64,000 nucleotides of DNA, from IMG/VR virus record IMGVR_UViG_3300026479_000007, positions 62,001 to 126,000 of that record; one strand, written 5' to 3'. Positions 1-9,555 of the stretch are shown here, piece by piece. The translations under genes were made by a program, and so were the position numbers. This DNA comes from an uncultured virus (IMG/VR IMGVR_UViG_3300026479_000007). Lineage: Duplodnaviria; Heunggongvirae; Uroviricota; Caudoviricetes. Within the stretch, counting starts at the first letter, position 1. The number at the start of each line of letters is the position of its first letter. The notes beneath the pieces are model-generated. The model made no database searches and was not told where the DNA came from. It saw only the letters and a program-made list of their open reading frames with translations.

Positions 1-1090
1 GAGTGTCTGCTTCTAATGATATATTCAATTTATCTCCAGAAGTAATTTCAAATTGCTTACTTTCAAACCCTATAGGAGATGGTAAATCATCATTTTTTAT
101 GATTAATTCAAAATTAGAATTAATATCTTTTTCTGAATATTTTAGATTTTTAATACCAAAAATAATTCTTTCATCTTCCTCCGTAAATAAATCATCTAAA
201 ACTTGTAGATTAACTTCTTTAAATTGTTCTCCTTTTTCCCATTTTAAAATTTGATTTTCAAAAACAAAATCTTCATTTGGGTCTTTTAAAGTCTCATCTC
301 TTTCTATATAAATTTCAGCCTCTTCAACCCCATATAAACTAGGCGTTTCTAATTTAGCATAAAACTTTACTTCACCCGTTCTTTCGTTTACAGTTAAATT
401 ATTTAAATTATCAAATTCAGATTTAACTAGGGATATTTTGAGGGGTTTAGATAGACTAAATTCTTGTTTTATCCAATGAGTTCCATAAAAAAAAGGAAAA
501 TCATTTTCTACAACTTGTTCATTACCGTCTATATCTATATCAACTGTTTCTGTACCAAAATCAATAAAATTACCTTCAGAATCGAAAAATAAAAATGGTA
601 TCTCAAAATTGGCAAAAATATTTTTTTCCTCATCAATAATTTTAACTTCTAAAACTTTAGTTTCTCCATAATTATTTATATCAGGGCTAATTTCAAACAA
701 AAAATTAAAACAACTTTTATTTTTTTTAAATATATTTTTAGATAAATTATTATTTTTTGATAAAGGTGCTGATAACACTTTATGTGTAACAGAAGATTTA
801 GCATTAGGTTCTATTCTTGGGCTAAACAACAAATCTTCATGATTAGTTTTTATTTCTATCGATAAATTGTTGGTATCAGAAAAGATTGAATTTAAGGTTC
901 CATATATACAAAATCTCAAAGATTCTCTTCTTTCTTTGTTAAATTGTTCTCTTACATTAAAGTCATTATTAACTAACTCTTTTTTAATTTCATTAGGTGA
1001 ATTATAAATTTCTAAATTTATATAAACATCTTTATTTACTTGAGGAAAAACATCTTTTTCACCTAATAATATTTTTATTTTATCTTTCAT
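1..1090 (-). CDS. Calx-beta domain-containing virion protein (partial, runs off left edge)
   Basis: Not in the ORF track because it has no stop in the window. ATG at 1090 opens MKDKIKILLGEKDVFPQVN...; contains LKWEKGEQFKEVNLQVLDDLFTEEDERIIFGIKNL...IKNDD, a Calx-beta-like motif. Confidence 0.75.
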   Translation of the reverse strand, partial: MKDKIKILLGEKDVFPQVNKDVYINLEIYNSPNEIKKELVNNDFNVREQFNKERRESLRFCIYGTLNSIFSDTNNLSIEIKTNHEDLLFSPRIEPNAKSSVTHKVLSAPLSKNNNLSKNIFKKNKSCFNFLFEISPDINNYGETKVLEVKIIDEEKNIFANFEIPFLFFDSEGNFIDFGTETVDIDIDGNEQVVENDFPFFYGTHWIKQEFSLSKPLKISLVKSEFDNLNNLTVNERTGEVKFYAKLETPSLYGVEEAEIYIERDETLKDPNEDFVFENQILKWEKGEQFKEVNLQVLDDLFTEEDERIIFGIKNLKYSEKDINSNFELIIKNDDLPSPIGFESKQFEITSGDKLNISLEADT

Positions 1091-1105
1091 TAGTTTTTTT
1101 TAAAA

Positions 1106-4069
1106 TTAAACTCTCAAAATTTTAATACCACCATCAGCACAATCATGACCTACTCGTGATGAAGTGAAGCTTAATGCTGATGAAGATTTAGTTTTTTCAA
1201 AAATCAAACCATTAATCTGATATGTGCCTGCTTGATTGAATGTTTTTTTACACTTCTTAACTCCTTTTTTCTTGATTTTTACATTACCTTCAGCACTATA
1301 TACTGTCGTAACTAAATATCTAGTTGGTATTTGAGTTTGTTCACCAGCTGTTAAGGTAAAGTTATAATAATCATAAATTATAGTGTCTACTTTCTTAATT
1401 TCACTATTTTTAAACTTAAATGTATAATTACAAGTATCATAAGAATTTTTTTGAATATCATAATCTAAATTTGAAGTAAATGTAATTTCAGTATAAGATG
1501 CAACATTAAAAGAGATAGATTTTTTTGGTTCAACTTGTCTCTTATCACCATTAACTGTTATTTCAGATTTTATGGCACCATTATTTGTTATTTCAATAAC
1601 AGAATTTTGTGAAATTCTCATTCTATAGTTTTTTTTATTACTTATTCGTAATTCAAGCCTAGAGATAGCCTTTTCTCTATTGGTGTAGATATTTTCAATT
1701 ACAACTTTGCCATACTTTTTAATTGGTGATGGTATTTTTTCTTCTAAAAATTGAGGAGAATCATCTACAATTCTATAAAAATCAATAGCACCTTGTCTTA
1801 ACCATGAAGGAGAAATTGAGCTATCCATTTTTAATAATAAATTTTCACTCTGTCTATAATTTGCACCTATATAAGATTGAGGTATAAGTTTATTGTCTGA
1901 AGATGAATAATTTGAATTAATATCTGAATTTAACATAATATCACCCCAACCTTGATTATTAATTCTACCCCAACCTTCTGGTTTTAACCAATAAGCAAAT
2001 CCACATTCTATTCTTTGATACTTTTCTCCACTTTTTACAGTAAAATGTTTACCTTGAAAAAGATTAGAGTGTTGTGATTTTCTAAATCCATTTGAATATT
2101 CTTCATGCCAAGAAACATCTGTTTCATATTTATATATTCTACTTTTAGTAATCGTCTGTGAAAATTTATTATATATAGCATCACCTCCTTCTAAGGGAGT
2201 CATAAGTCCATACCCTGTTGATTCTTCTTGACCATAATAAAACCCAGCTAAATCACCATCTAAATATCTAGGCTCAACTTGATTATTGAAGTCTTTTTCA
2301 TTATATTCTATAGGTAGTGAAGGTATTTTATAAGGTTCTGGGTAATTTATTGTCCAAGTTCTTTCATATGGAAAAGTGTTGATAGAAGTATTGTATCCGT
2401 TGCCAGTAGCAGAAGAAGGATTAGAGTCTACACCTCTATTAGCATCAAAATGACTTGAATGAACAGCATTTTCTTCTAATTTATCTCTTAAAAATCCAGT
2501 TGTTCGATAAACATCTGGATTTCCTTCGTAATACATTTTCATTTGATAAGAACATAACCAAACACCTTTTTTAGAATTTAATTTAGTTCTTCCACCATCT
2601 TTAGATGATATTCCATTTGGGTCATAAAGATTAGCAGGTAGTTTAAAAGTTTGAAAATTATTTTTACTAAAATTAATCTGTGACTTAGTAAATTTATTTT
2701 CATTAAACCACTCTAATCTTTGATTTTCAACTCTAGAAAAAATATCATCCACTTCTACTATTTCTGTAGTTAAAGGATATCCTTCTTTAGTCATATCTTT
2801 AGCTAAAATATTTAATCTACTAAAATTACCTAAAGCAAAAAGTTCTTCTAAATTATTATCTTCAACAGAAATGGGAGATACATAAAAAGTAGACCATTTT
2901 CTCATATCTAAATTAGAAGTTATATTCACTTCAGTAAATCCAGTTTGAAATTCGCCCCAAGAAGAAACTACAGAGATTGGAATTTGCCTATAATAAAAAT
3001 GAGGTACATTATCTATGTTAGGTAATTCTTCATTAGTGTATGGGAAGAAATTTAAGGCGACTTCACTTTTATTCATCCCTTGTTTTAATAAATCTACTTC
3101 AAATAATAAAACTTGATTTCCAGTAGGTACATCATGAATTACAAATTCTCCTTTTTCATTTGTAATAGTTGAATATTTATAATGTTCAGGTAAATTTAAA
3201 CTTTCAACAGATTTTAACAAAGGTTTCAATCCATCAAACTCCTCTCCAACATCATTACTCCCTAAAGCTTCTCTTGCCTTATCTACACCTACATCTAAAA
3301 CATAAGAGTTTAAATCTGAATAATCTTCTGGTTCTGAATTTTGTATGACATTCAAAGTTATTCTATTGCCATTTTCATCCTGAGAAGTATATGTAGGAAA
3401 TTCTTCTGAAGGATTAAAAATAACTATTGGAACATTTGCCAAAGGAATTAAAGCTCTTTCTCCATTTTCATCTAAAACTTTTTGTCTAGCTACTAAAGTT
3501 CCACATACAACACCAGTGTCTGACTCTTGAGTTGGTACTTCAGATAAAAGATTATTTTTGACATTTAAAGTATCGAGTGTATCTATACTCCTTTTTAAAG
3601 TTATGTCAGCATAGTAATCTGTTTTTTTTTGAATTGTATTAAAAACATTTGAATATGCTGAATTTCCAGAGTAAGCTATTGCTTGTTCTATAAATTCTTC
3701 AACAGTTTCATTCTTTAATGGTCTTACATAATCTTGTTTTGCATAAAAAACTTTACCTTTAACTACATTCTTTTCTTCATCTTCAGATAAAAATTTAAAT
3801 TCATTAGTTAAAGGTATTCTTTTACAATAAGAACCATCTACCATTTCTAACAATTCAACAACTTTATTATTTGCTCCTTTTATTGCATAAGCTTCTTTTC
3901 CTTGTTGTTGTATAGTATCCCAAATTCTAAGTTGTCTATTTATAGTTGGTAAACTGGAAATATTTTTGAGTTTTTCAAAAATTTCTTTTGAACTCGCATC
4001 AACTGTCGTAAAGTAAGTTATTACATTTACATCTTTATTGGTTTTTATTTTTTTTATAATATCTGCCAT
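1106..4069 (-). CDS. Large putative virion/baseplate structural protein with prealbumin-like (carboxypeptidase regulatory-like) segment
   Basis: 987 aa ORF; TITNEKGEFVIHDVPTGNQVL motif; lies in the baseplate region. Confidence 0.55.
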   Translation of the reverse strand: MADIIKKIKTNKDVNVITYFTTVDASSKEIFEKLKNISSLPTINRQLRIWDTIQQQGKEAYAIKGANNKVVELLEMVDGSYCKRIPLTNEFKFLSEDEEKNVVKGKVFYAKQDYVRPLKNETVEEFIEQAIAYSGNSAYSNVFNTIQKKTDYYADITLKRSIDTLDTLNVKNNLLSEVPTQESDTGVVCGTLVARQKVLDENGERALIPLANVPIVIFNPSEEFPTYTSQDENGNRITLNVIQNSEPEDYSDLNSYVLDVGVDKAREALGSNDVGEEFDGLKPLLKSVESLNLPEHYKYSTITNEKGEFVIHDVPTGNQVLLFEVDLLKQGMNKSEVALNFFPYTNEELPNIDNVPHFYYRQIPISVVSSWGEFQTGFTEVNITSNLDMRKWSTFYVSPISVEDNNLEELFALGNFSRLNILAKDMTKEGYPLTTEIVEVDDIFSRVENQRLEWFNENKFTKSQINFSKNNFQTFKLPANLYDPNGISSKDGGRTKLNSKKGVWLCSYQMKMYYEGNPDVYRTTGFLRDKLEENAVHSSHFDANRGVDSNPSSATGNGYNTSINTFPYERTWTINYPEPYKIPSLPIEYNEKDFNNQVEPRYLDGDLAGFYYGQEESTGYGLMTPLEGGDAIYNKFSQTITKSRIYKYETDVSWHEEYSNGFRKSQHSNLFQGKHFTVKSGEKYQRIECGFAYWLKPEGWGRINNQGWGDIMLNSDINSNYSSSDNKLIPQSYIGANYRQSENLLLKMDSSISPSWLRQGAIDFYRIVDDSPQFLEEKIPSPIKKYGKVVIENIYTNREKAISRLELRISNKKNYRMRISQNSVIEITNNGAIKSEITVNGDKRQVEPKKSISFNVASYTEITFTSNLDYDIQKNSYDTCNYTFKFKNSEIKKVDTIIYDYYNFTLTAGEQTQIPTRYLVTTVYSAEGNVKIKKKGVKKCKKTFNQAGTYQINGLIFEKTKSSSALSFTSSRVGHDCADGGIKILRV

Positions 4070-4123
4070 TTGGAATATTTATAATTGTTATTTTAAGGAA
4101 TTTAATAAAAAAGTCAATGAATT

Positions 4124-5530
4124 TTAATTTCTTTCATTGAAAATCTTAAAATAAACCGTTTCATCCAATACTCTTTTAGTTCCTAGTTCATTTACTCTTA
4201 ATTCAATCTTATAATTTTGATTAGATAAAAGCCAAGAAGTGTCTAAATCAATAAATTCTTTAGTGCAACCATCTATTACTATTGAATTGAAAGAAGACCA
4301 AGGTATAACTTCTGTAATTTCATTATGGATTAATCTATATTCTAAACCATAATATTCATTAGGAGTTTTTGTACTATATTCAACTCTAGTTTCTGCATAT
4401 ATTCTTATCAATTCTCCTTTTTTAAGAATTTGATTATTAGATATTCCATATAACTCAACTACATATTGATTAATTTCTTTTGGAAAATTAGTATAATAAT
4501 TACCTAAAATATGAAATTTTTGTTCAAAAGATTGTTTGTCAATGCCTGGGGAAAATGTTATATCATTCCACACATCTTTATAAATTTGATTTTTTGTTGC
4601 ACCTGTCATTAAAACATCTACATAATACACACCTTTTGTTAATTGGTTTGGCGTTAATCCAGTTATAACATCTTGATTAGCAGAGTTTTTTATAGAAACA
4701 GTTCCAGCAGAAAAATAATTAGCCGATGTATTTCCACTAAATAAATTTAAGAATAACCTAGAAGTTCTATTATTTGCTACTCTTAATCTATCATCTCTTA
4801 TTATTTGATTGTCATACACAATTTCCATATAAGGTTTAAAAGCTGTATTAGTGTGCTTAGTATAAAATCTAGACATATACCTAGTGTATCCTGAAATTAA
4901 TTCATAATCTCTTGTATAAGAAATTGCTAAACCATAATTTTCAGAACCTCCACTAAGCCAATCTTTTACGATATTAGTTATATCTAAATCTAAATCTTCG
5001 TCTCCAACATCAAAATGTTGAATAGAATAATTAGTTGTTGAAGCTGTAGGATTTATAAAAATTCCTGGCTCATCCCAAGAAGTAATAGATGTTGCTTGAT
5101 TCCAATTTGAATAGCCAGTTAAATTTGTATCGCCTTTTGTAGTTTTTATATATTCTTGACCCATTAAATCATAACCTCTACCAGCATCCCATTCTTTATT
5201 GACAGGAAAAGCGATTAAATCAAAAGAAGAAGCTATTTTTTTGTCCAATCTAGCAAATTCAAAATCACTTTCTAACAATTTTCCGTCTGGAACTACATTT
5301 GTCATCTTAAGTCTATAAGAAGAGATGTAATCAGAATTTATCTCCTTAGAATTTAATTTATTTTTTAATTCTTCTAAATCAAAGTGAATCAAAAATTTAG
5401 ATATACTATTTCTTAATCCAGACCCCCCATACCACAATATAGTACCTGGATTATAGGCAGAGTTAAAGTTTTCGAAATAACCAGAAGCTATTGTGTTATT
5501 TTTGTCAGGATAAATTCTAAGTCTTCCCAT
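4124..5530 (-). CDS. Virion structural protein with DNRLRE-like domain
   Basis: 468 aa; LDLDITNIVKDWLSGGSENYGLAI...F...PYMEIVY resembles DNRLRE-type domains. Confidence 0.55.
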   Translation of the reverse strand: MGRLRIYPDKNNTIASGYFENFNSAYNPGTILWYGGSGLRNSISKFLIHFDLEELKNKLNSKEINSDYISSYRLKMTNVVPDGKLLESDFEFARLDKKIASSFDLIAFPVNKEWDAGRGYDLMGQEYIKTTKGDTNLTGYSNWNQATSITSWDEPGIFINPTASTTNYSIQHFDVGDEDLDLDITNIVKDWLSGGSENYGLAISYTRDYELISGYTRYMSRFYTKHTNTAFKPYMEIVYDNQIIRDDRLRVANNRTSRLFLNLFSGNTSANYFSAGTVSIKNSANQDVITGLTPNQLTKGVYYVDVLMTGATKNQIYKDVWNDITFSPGIDKQSFEQKFHILGNYYTNFPKEINQYVVELYGISNNQILKKGELIRIYAETRVEYSTKTPNEYYGLEYRLIHNEITEVIPWSSFNSIVIDGCTKEFIDLDTSWLLSNQNYKIELRVNELGTKRVLDETVYFKIFNERN

Positions 5531-5633
5531 ATTTTATAGTTTATTTTTATTTTAAATTATATATATTAATTAGTATTTATTATATATAACATAAATAGTG
5601 CATTAAAAAAGTCTTTAATTTTTTTGACTTTAC

Positions 5634-5640
5634 TATTTAT
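5634..5640 (+). promoter_or_regulatory. Candidate late promoter TATTTAT
   Basis: Motif recurrent upstream of structural genes; 14 nt before the gp25-like ATG. Confidence 0.5.
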
Positions 5641-5654
5641 AATAAAAAAACATA

Positions 5655-6041
5655 ATGGCTAATAGTATAAATATTAAATTTCCTTTTAAAGAAACAACAA
5701 CAGGTGGTATATTTGATACTAACCAAACAACTGAACAAGCTTTAAAGGCTGATTTAATTTCTTTATTGACAACAAGAAGAGGGCAAAGACCTATGAGAAG
5801 TACTCTTTTTTCACCAATATACGACTATATTATGGAGCCATTGGATGATTTTACAAAATCTGAACTACAAAAAGATATTGAAGAAAAGGTTGCTGAATTT
5901 ATTCCTCAAATAACAATAGTAAAAATTTTTTTCACAGAACAAGAAGAAACTAATTTATTAACAATAGAAATAGTATTTAAAATAAACACTTTCTTTGGAG
6001 TTACAGATTCTGTAACACTAAATATACCAAGAGAATTTTAA
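5655..6041 (+). CDS. gp25: Baseplate wedge/sheath initiator protein, T4 gp25-like
   Basis: 128 aa; LISLLTTRRGQRPMRSTLFSPIYDYIMEP fits the GPW/gp25 family; directly upstream of a gp6-like gene. Confidence 0.85.
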   Translation: MANSINIKFPFKETTTGGIFDTNQTTEQALKADLISLLTTRRGQRPMRSTLFSPIYDYIMEPLDDFTKSELQKDIEEKVAEFIPQITIVKIFFTEQEETNLLTIEIVFKINTFFGVTDSVTLNIPREF

Positions 6042-6059
6042 TAATTAAACAAACACAAT

Positions 6060-7919
6060 ATGCCAGTATTAAAAAAGCAGGATTATCTTAAAAGAGATTT
6101 TAACACTATAAGAGAAGATATAGAAAAAGTTTTAAAAGTTTATTTTCCAAAACAATGGCAAGATTTCAATGTGACAAGTGCTGGTATGGCTTTAGTAGAC
6201 TTACTTGCTTATGTTTCTGATTTATTATCTTATTATACAGATAAAAGATTTAATGAATTATTTTTAGATGGAGTTAGTGAAATTTCTTCAGCTTATAGAT
6301 TAGCTAAAACTTTAGGATACAAAGTACCTGGAGTTAGAGGTAGCTCCACTCTTGTCGATATAACTATTAGAGTTCCAGCTATTTCTACAGGACCAGACGA
6401 ACAATATTTGCCTATTTATAGACCTGGAGTTAGATTTGATGGGAATGGCCAATCTTTTGAAACTGTTAATCAAGTTGATTTTTCAAGTGATTTTTCTGAA
6501 ACTGGTGTTACTAATAGAATTATAAATCCAATTTTTGATGCTTCACAAAATATATTAGGATATAATATCACAAAAAGAGAATTTGCAGTTGCTGGTATAA
6601 CTACAACTTTACAAAAAATTATCACAGATGAAGATTCTGAAACAGAATTTTTAGAGGTGTTTTTATCACAAACTAATATTTTAGAAATTTTAGATGTTAT
6701 AGTTCTTCCAGGAACTAACATAAACATTCCTCCAACATATACTGATTATAAAAATTTTGATTACAAATATTACGAAGTAGACCACTTAGCTGAAGATGAA
6801 ATCTTCTTAGAAGATACTGGGGTTTCTACTGGTTCTTTTTCTTATGGGAGATGGGTTGAAGTAAATAGAAGATTTACAAAAGAATTTTTATCAGATGGTT
6901 CTTGTAAATTAACTTTTGGAGGTGGTACACCAAATGTTAATGCATATGCTGAATACTTAAATAGTCTAGCATTAAATAGTGCTAATCAAGTTAGTTATGA
7001 AAGAATATTAAATAATACTTCTTTAGGTGAAAAATTACCTGCTGACTCTACTCTATTTATAAAATATAGAATAGGAGGCGGGGAAGAATCTAATGTTGGT
7101 ACAAACGTTTTAAATAAAATAGGAAACATAAATGCTGTAATACAAGGAGTTAATGCTACAGTTAACGATTCTGTCTTATCTTCAACAAAAGGGACTAATA
7201 TTATTCCAGCATTAGGAGGTCGAGGTTTGCCTAATGTTCAAGAAATTAGATATGCTGCATCTAGTAATTTTGCAGCTCAAGAAAGATGTATAACGCTTGA
7301 AGATTATATTGCAAGAGCAAAACAGATACCTGGCAAATTTGGTGCTCCTTTTAGAATTAATGGAAGAGTTAATGATAATAAAATTCAACTTTATGTTTTA
7401 TCTAAAGATTCTAATGGAAAACTTTCAGAAACTTCTTTAAGTTTACTAAAAAATAATCTTGTAAACTATCTTTCTAAATATAGAGCTATCAATGACTTTA
7501 TAGAAATAAATGATGCAAAAGTTGTTAATTTATCTTTTGAAATAGATTTACTTACAGATAAAAGTTTTAATAGTAATGAAGTTAAAGTAACTTGTTTGCA
7601 ACAATTAAAAGATTATTTTAATATTGACAATTGGGATATGGGACAACATGTTTATATTTCTCAATTAACAGATATCCTAAGAGAAGTTCCAGGTGTAATA
7701 AATGTTTCTGGAATAAGAGTTTACAATTTAGATGGAGGATTATATTCTTCTAATTTAATTTCTCAAGCTAGTGGACCTACAACTCTATTACCTTCTAGTG
7801 CTTCTAATAACATAAGAAAGACTTTAATAAATTTAATTGATAACACTATATATTCAACGCCTTTATCAATGTTTGAAGTTAGATATCCTGATGCAGATTT
7901 AAAAATAAGAACAACTTAA
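6060..7919 (+). CDS. gp6: Baseplate wedge subunit, T4 gp6-like
   Basis: 619 aa; DFNTIREDI...WQDFN...GMALVDLLAY, LAKTLGY, FGGG and AQERCITLEDY motifs. Confidence 0.85.
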   Translation: MPVLKKQDYLKRDFNTIREDIEKVLKVYFPKQWQDFNVTSAGMALVDLLAYVSDLLSYYTDKRFNELFLDGVSEISSAYRLAKTLGYKVPGVRGSSTLVDITIRVPAISTGPDEQYLPIYRPGVRFDGNGQSFETVNQVDFSSDFSETGVTNRIINPIFDASQNILGYNITKREFAVAGITTTLQKIITDEDSETEFLEVFLSQTNILEILDVIVLPGTNINIPPTYTDYKNFDYKYYEVDHLAEDEIFLEDTGVSTGSFSYGRWVEVNRRFTKEFLSDGSCKLTFGGGTPNVNAYAEYLNSLALNSANQVSYERILNNTSLGEKLPADSTLFIKYRIGGGEESNVGTNVLNKIGNINAVIQGVNATVNDSVLSSTKGTNIIPALGGRGLPNVQEIRYAASSNFAAQERCITLEDYIARAKQIPGKFGAPFRINGRVNDNKIQLYVLSKDSNGKLSETSLSLLKNNLVNYLSKYRAINDFIEINDAKVVNLSFEIDLLTDKSFNSNEVKVTCLQQLKDYFNIDNWDMGQHVYISQLTDILREVPGVINVSGIRVYNLDGGLYSSNLISQASGPTTLLPSSASNNIRKTLINLIDNTIYSTPLSMFEVRYPDADLKIRTT

Positions 7920-8941
7920 TTTGTTCTTACAGATTTTGAAAGAATTTCTTGTATTTTTTCATCAGATAAATATTCATTTAAAAGATTTATTTCTTCTACT
8001 GTAGCATAAGGTTTTTCTTGTGGTGTATGTTTATGATTTAAACAAAATCTAATTATAATCTTTAAAAGTTTCACCAATTCATCACCTAAAACTAAAGGAT
8101 GTAATTCTTTTGCTAAATCTCCATAAGTTTCTAAATCTGGATTCGTATTTATCTCAACATTAGATAAATCTTTTAGATTTCCATTTTCATCTAGTGCTCT
8201 ATTTTTTCTAGAAGACTTATTTGAGGATATTAAATTTATATTGGATGCTACAATGTTAGCTTGAGAAAAAGAGTCTCTAGTAATTATATTTTGATTTATA
8301 TCCAAAGAAGAACGAGCTATTTTTTCACGAGTTTGTTCTAAATTATCTTTTATTTGAATATAACATTCTGTTTTTTCATTTTTTTCAAAACTATTATCTT
8401 TTAAACCTCCAGCAGTAATTAAAACTTCTCTAGGCTTTAGAGCAATATTAGCATTATTTTTACCATCTAATCTAATATTATCTTTTATTATAAAATTTTG
8501 TACATCTACACTTTTATTTTCTCTAGAAAATGTATTTACAGTAAATAATTCATTAGAAGAAGAAGTACTTTCAAATTCTGTTTGAGCTTTTTTTACACTT
8601 CTAATTGGTCCTGCATAAAACCTTCTAGAACTTTGGTCTTTAGGGTTTTCCAAAAATACATAAACTAATTCATCAACTCTAGGTATTACATTTACAAATT
8701 GAGGTATTAATGGATAAGCCATTTTTGGAGTATTATCATTTTTATCTTTACCTGGTTGTTCTATACCAGTTTCAGAAGCAAAATCTATTATAGTAACTAA
8801 AAGCCTTCCCATATTAGAAGCATCTTCATTACTTATTACTTTACCCAAATATATTATCCTATTGCCTTGAGTTGCATCTCCAAACACAGAAGATTGACCT
8901 CCCATAATATTCAAATTTTCAGATAATCCATCTAAACTCAT
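7916..8941 (-). CDS. Baseplate central spike protein (gp5/gpV-like OB-fold)
   Basis: GKVISNED...GRLLV...IPRVDELVYVF N-terminal OB-fold; C-terminal HKH metal-binding spike motif. Confidence 0.7.
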   Translation of the reverse strand: MSLDGLSENLNIMGGQSSVFGDATQGNRIIYLGKVISNEDASNMGRLLVTIIDFASETGIEQPGKDKNDNTPKMAYPLIPQFVNVIPRVDELVYVFLENPKDQSSRRFYAGPIRSVKKAQTEFESTSSSNELFTVNTFSRENKSVDVQNFIIKDNIRLDGKNNANIALKPREVLITAGGLKDNSFEKNEKTECYIQIKDNLEQTREKIARSSLDINQNIITRDSFSQANIVASNINLISSNKSSRKNRALDENGNLKDLSNVEINTNPDLETYGDLAKELHPLVLGDELVKLLKIIIRFCLNHKHTPQEKPYATVEEINLLNEYLSDEKIQEILSKSVRTN

Positions 8942-8945
8942 TTTA

Positions 8946-9107
8946 TTATTTTTTTATTTCTTTTTGAAGTTCATAATATTTTAACTCTAAATTATCAATT
9001 TCTTCAAGTAAACTTTCAACTAATTGTTTTTTTTGTAAAAATTCATCTACAGTTTCTTGAATTTCTCTTAAAATTTGAGTTTTACTTCTTTTTGTTACCT
9101 CTTCCAT
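8946..9107 (-). CDS. Small coiled-coil hypothetical protein (53 aa)
   Basis: Below the ORF-track size cutoff; MEEVTKRSKTQILREIQETVDEFLQKKQLVESLLEEIDNLELKYYELQKEIKK* fills the gap between co-oriented genes. Confidence 0.7.
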   Translation of the reverse strand: MEEVTKRSKTQILREIQETVDEFLQKKQLVESLLEEIDNLELKYYELQKEIKK

Positions 9108-9112
9108 AATAT

Positions 9113-9529
9113 TTATGTAGCTAATCCACTTCCACTATGAGGTGCAACATTAGCACCAGTTGCAACAAGAGGACCCCCTCCATTCGCTCCACTAGATATA
9201 ACATTCATACCTGAATCTACCGCAATATCAACTCTCATATCATTTTGAATAGCATCAACTATTTCATTAGTTACAAGCTTAGTATATTCTTCCATTACAT
9301 TTGGAGTTCCATTCTCTAAAGGTCCAGTTGGAATTCCTATTTTTTCAAATTTTGATATAATTTCAGAACTTATAGAATCACTATCTAAGCCTGGTCTAAA
9401 TTTAGATAGTAATATTTGAAACAAACTAAACTTAGGTATTTTTACTCTATTCTCTTTAAACAAAAAAAGTAAAAACTTAGAAAGCTCTTCAGATTTTTGT
9501 AATTTATCATCAACTTTTATACAACCCAT
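9113..9529 (-). CDS. Hypothetical protein (possible spike-associated)
   Basis: 138 aa ORF with Gly-rich C-terminus, in the same operon as the spike gene. Confidence 0.6.
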   Translation of the reverse strand: MGCIKVDDKLQKSEELSKFLLFLFKENRVKIPKFSLFQILLSKFRPGLDSDSISSEIISKFEKIGIPTGPLENGTPNVMEEYTKLVTNEIVDAIQNDMRVDIAVDSGMNVISSGANGGGPLVATGANVAPHSGSGLAT

Positions 9530-9555
9530 ATTTATAAATATTAAATTTAAATAAA

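Noticed and set aside
7916..7919. Convergent genes sharing a TTAA stop overlap
   Set aside because: Common compaction in AT-rich phage genomes; no evidence of special function.
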